DNA of 64,000 bases from Eledone cirrhosa. Taxonomy: Eukaryota. The notes below the pieces were generated by a model. It did not search any database. It was not told where the DNA came from and saw nothing but the letters and a program-made list of their open reading frames with translations. Location of the stretch: NCBI GenBank assembly GCA_964016885.1, contig OZ024743.1, positions 235,414,001-235,478,000 on the forward strand, written 5' to 3'. Positions within the stretch are counted from its first letter, which is position 1. Every line of letters begins with the position of its first letter. A program made the position numbers and the translations under genes. This document shows positions 57,279-64,000 of the stretch, one piece after another.

Positions 57279-57365
57279 TAATAATAATAAAACCTATGAT
57301 AACTGGTCCATGACATAGTTGAAGAGTTGAAAAGTCGGTTAAACCGTTTACCAATACTGACTATC

Positions 57366-59545
<2,180 letters not shown>

Positions 59546-59604
59546 AACGCCACCTTACAAAACCGTTTCTTACACGTATTTATAGAACAGCAGAAATGTA
59601 ACTG

Positions 59605-62600
59605 TACAATGCGCTACCATACTTCTACAGCAATGTGCTACCATACTTTCTACACCAATGTGCTACCATAACTCAGTACACCAATGTCCTACCATACCTC
59701 ACTACACCAATGTGCTACCATACCTCAGTACACCAATGTCCTACCATACCACACTACACCAACCTGCTACCATATTTTAGTACACCAGTGTGCTACCACA
59801 CCCCAATACACCAATGTGCTACCATACCTCAATACACCAATGTGCTACCATAACTCAGTACACCAATGTCCTACCATACCTCACTACACCAATCTGCTAC
59901 CATATTTTAGTACACCAATGTGCTACCATACCTCAATACACCAATGTGCTACCATACCTCAGTACACCAATGTGCTACCATACCTCTACACCAATGTGCT
60001 ACCGTACATCTACACCAATCTGATTCCATACCTCATTACACCAATGTGCTACCATACTTCAGTATACCAACATCCTTCCATACCTCACTACACCAATGTG
60101 CTCCCATATCTCAGTACAACAATGTGCTACCATAGCTCACTACACCTATGTGTTATCATACCCCGCTACACCAATGTGCTACTATACTTCAATACACCAA
60201 TGTGCTACCATACCCCAGTACACCAATGTACTACCATAATTCACTACACCAATGTGCTTCCATACCCCAGTATACCAGTGTCCTATCATACCTCACTACA
60301 CCAATGTGCTACCATATTTCACTACACCAATGTGCTATCATATCTCACTACACCGATCTGCTACCATACACACACTACACCAATGTGCTACCATACCTCA
60401 CTACAACGATATCCTACCATACCTCACTACACCAATGTGGTACCATACTTTAGTACACCAATGTGCTACCATACCTCACTACAACTATGTGCTACCATAC
60501 TTCACTACACCAATGTGCTACCATACCTCACTACAACAATATCCTACCATACCTCACTAAACCAATGTGCTACCATACCTTACTACACCAATGTGTTACC
60601 ATACTTCACTACATCAATGTGCTACCATACCTTGCTACACCAATGTGGTACCATACCTGATTACACCAGTGTGCTAACATACCTCACTACACCAATGTGC
60701 TCCCATAGCTCACTACACCAATGTGCTACCATACTTCAGTACATCAACGTCATATAATACCTCACTACACCAATGTGCTACCATACTCAGTACACCAATC
60801 TGCTAGCATACCTAACTACACAAATATGCTACCATACTTGAGTACACCAATGTGCTACCATACCTAACTACACCAATGTGCTACCATACTTCAGTACGCA
60901 AATGTACTACCATAGATAAGTACACCAATGTGCTATCATACCTCCTACACTAATGTACTACCATACTTCACTACACCAATGTGCTACCATACTTCTATAA
61001 CAATACTGTTAAAGTAAAATTACTGAAACTATTGATAAAGCAAATTGATTAAAAATAAAGAAAAATAACTTTAGTTTTTTGGTGTTCATTATATTGTTGT
61101 TGTTGTTGGTGTTGTCGTTGTTGTTGTTGGGGGTGGTGGTGGAGGTGGTGGTGGTGGTGGAGGTGGCGCTGGTGGTGGTATTATTGTTGTTGTTGGTGTT
61201 GTTGTTGTTGTTGTTGTTGGTCGTGGTGGTTGTTGTTGTTGTTGGTGTGTTGTTGTTGGTGGTGTTGTTGTTGTAGGTGGTTGTTTAGTACATCAATGTG
61301 CTACCATACCTCAATACACCAATGTGCTACAATACCTCAATACACCAATGTACTACCATACCTCAGTACACCAGTGTGCTACTATACCTCTACACCAATG
61401 TGCTACCGTAGATCTACACCAATCTGATTCCATACCTCATTACACCAATGTGCTCCCATACTTCAGTACACCAATGTCCTTCCATACATCACTACAACAA
61501 TGTGCTACCATACCACAGTACACCAATGTGCTACCATAACTCACTACACCTATGTGTTATCATTCCCCCTATACCAGTGTGCTACCATGCCTCATTACAA
61601 AAAGATGCTACCAAAACCTCTACACCAATGTGCTCCCATACCTCAGTACACCAATGTGCTACCATACCTCTACACCAATGTGCTACCGTACATCTACACC
61701 AATCTGATTCCCTACCTCATTACACCAATGTGCTACTATACTTCAGTACACAAATGTCCTTCCATACCTCACTACACCAATGTGCTACCATACCTCACTA
61801 CAGCTATGTGTTATCATACTCCACTACACCAGTGTGCTCCCATACCCCCACTACACCAATGTGCTACCATACCTCATTACAACAAGGTGCTACCATACCT
61901 CTACACCAATGTGCTACCATACCTCACTATACCAATGTGCTACCATAGTTCAGTACACCATTGTCCTACCATACCTCACTACACCAATGTCCTACCATAC
62001 TTCTCTACACCAATATGCTACCATTCTTCTACACCAATGTGCTACCATACCTCTATAATTATACTGTACCTCTCTATATATATCTAATATATCTGTACAC
62101 CAATGTACTACCATACCTCACTACATCAATATGCTACCATACTTTAGTACACCAATGTGCTACCATGCTTCACTACACCAATGTGCTACCATACATCAGT
62201 ACACCCATGTGCTACCATAACTCACTACACCAACAATGTCCTACCATACCCCAATACACCAATGTGTTACCATAGCTCAGTACACCAATTTCCTACCATA
62301 GCTCACTACACCAATGTGCTACCATACCTCAGTACACCAATGTTCTACCATACCTCACTACACCAATCTGCTACCATATTTTAGTACACCAATGTGCTAC
62401 CATACCTCACTACACCAATATGCTACCATACCTCATTACACCAATATGCTACCATACCTCTACAGCAATGAGCTACCGTACATCTACACCAATCTGATTC
62501 CATACCTCATTACACCAATGTGCTACCATATTTCAGTACACCAATGTCCTACCATACTTCAGTACACCAATGTGCTCCCATATCTCAGTACAACAATGTG

Positions 62601-62950
62601 CTACCATAGCTCACTACACCTATGTGTTATCATACCCCGCTACACCAATGTGCTACTATACTTCAATACACCAATGTGCTACCATACCCCAGTACACCAA
62701 TGTGCTACCATACCTCACTACAACAAGGTGCTACCATACCTATACACCAATGTGCTACCATAACTCACTACACCAATGTCCTATCATACCTCACTACACC
62801 AATGTCCTACCATACTTCTCTACACCAATGTGCTACCATACCTCTACACCAATGTGCTACCATACCTAACTACACCAATGTGCTACCATACCTCACTACA
62901 TTAATGTGCTACCATACTTCACTACACCAATGTGCTACCATACTTCTATA
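59605..62950. repeat. 26-bp satellite CACTACACCAATGTGCTACCATACCT in two blocks (59605-60995, 61287-62950)
   Basis: Each block is followed by the same ~100-bp spacer and a (GTT/GGT)n tract. Confidence 0.95.
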
Positions 62951-63042
62951 ACAGCACTGTTAAAGTAAAATTACTGAAACTATTGATAAATCAAACTGAT
63001 TAAAAATAAAGAAAAATAACTTTAGTTTTTTGGTGTTCATTA

Positions 63043-63254
63043 TGTTGTTGTTGTTGGTGGTGTTGTTGTTGGTGGTGTTGTTGTTGGTGTTGGTGATGTT
63101 GTTGTTGTTGGTGGTGTTGTTGTTGTTGTTGGTGGTGGTGGTGTTGGTGTTGTTGTCGTTGTTGTTGTTGTTGGTGGTGGTGGTGGTGTTGTTGTTGTTT
63201 TTGGTATTGTTGTTGTTATTGTTGTTGGTGGTGGTGGTGTTGTTGTTGGTGTTG

Positions 63255-63286
<32 letters not shown>

Positions 63287-63474
63287 GTTGTTGTTGTTGT
63301 TAGTGTTGTTGTTGTTGGTGTTGGTGGTGGTGTTGTTGTTGTTGGTGGTGTGGTGGTGGTGGTGGTGGTGGTGGTGGTGTTATTGTTGGTGTTTTTTGTT
63401 GTTGTTGTAGGTGGCGGTTTTGGTGTTGTTGTTGTTGGTGGTGGTGGTGGTGTTGTTGTTGTTGGTGGTGGTGG

Positions 63475-63511
<37 letters not shown>

Positions 63512-63570
63512 ATTAGTGGTGGTATGGTGTTGGTGGTGACAGTGGTGGTGTTGGTGGTGGTGTTGGTAGT
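63043..63570. repeat. (GTT/GGT)n tract
   Basis: Seen directly in the sequence. Confidence 0.95.
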
Positions 63571-64000
63571 ATCAATGACTACAATGATCCCGTATAGTCC
63601 ACACGTCATCTAATTAAGAGCCCCACTTCCTCCAACACTAAACAATCTGAAGGAGCTAATTATGAAGTCTCTATTATTTCTCTTTCACACCCCACAATAC
63701 ACTCTTTAATCAGTGGTACTCTATTGTACAGCTAACACATCCTACCCCTTAACACCCCATATATATATATATATACATATACCGAAACACACACACACAT
63801 ATACATATATATATATATATACACACACATATATATTTAATATCACCATCACAAACAACACAGCCGCCATCATACTACCATCATCATCACCACCACCACT
63901 ACCACCACCATTACCACCACCACCACCACCACCATCACCACCACCACCACCACCATCACCACCACCATTACCCCCACCCCCACCAGTACACCAAAACCAC

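Overview
This is AT-rich, repeat-saturated animal DNA, not prokaryotic. The Nin-domain and CORE-like tRNA SINE families and the abundant (TA)n/(CA)n tracts suggest an octopod cephalopod (inference). I found no host protein-coding gene, and most listed ORFs are microsatellite artefacts. The window holds three long satellites (14-bp, 29-bp with higher-order repeats and an inversion, 26-bp), a hAT MITE carrying a fourth 31-bp satellite, and tandem non-autonomous Helitron-like elements. It also holds LINE fragments (RTE, CR1, R4/Dong) and many SINEs. Penelope-like retroelements (PLEs) include a near-complete Hydra-clade-like copy with inverted pseudo-LTRs, two more Hydra-like GIY-YIG 3' fragments and a rearranged Naiad-like copy. 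The main hidden signal is a dense, diverse set of type I hammerhead ribozymes: about 15 with intact CUGANGA/GAAA/UH cores found by eye, plus several degenerate ones. They lie in short non-coding units embedded in (TA)n tracts, often as foldbacks. One is a 533-nt tandem retrozyme-like unit at 20.1-21.5 kb. All folds and coordinates were read manually and none was computed.
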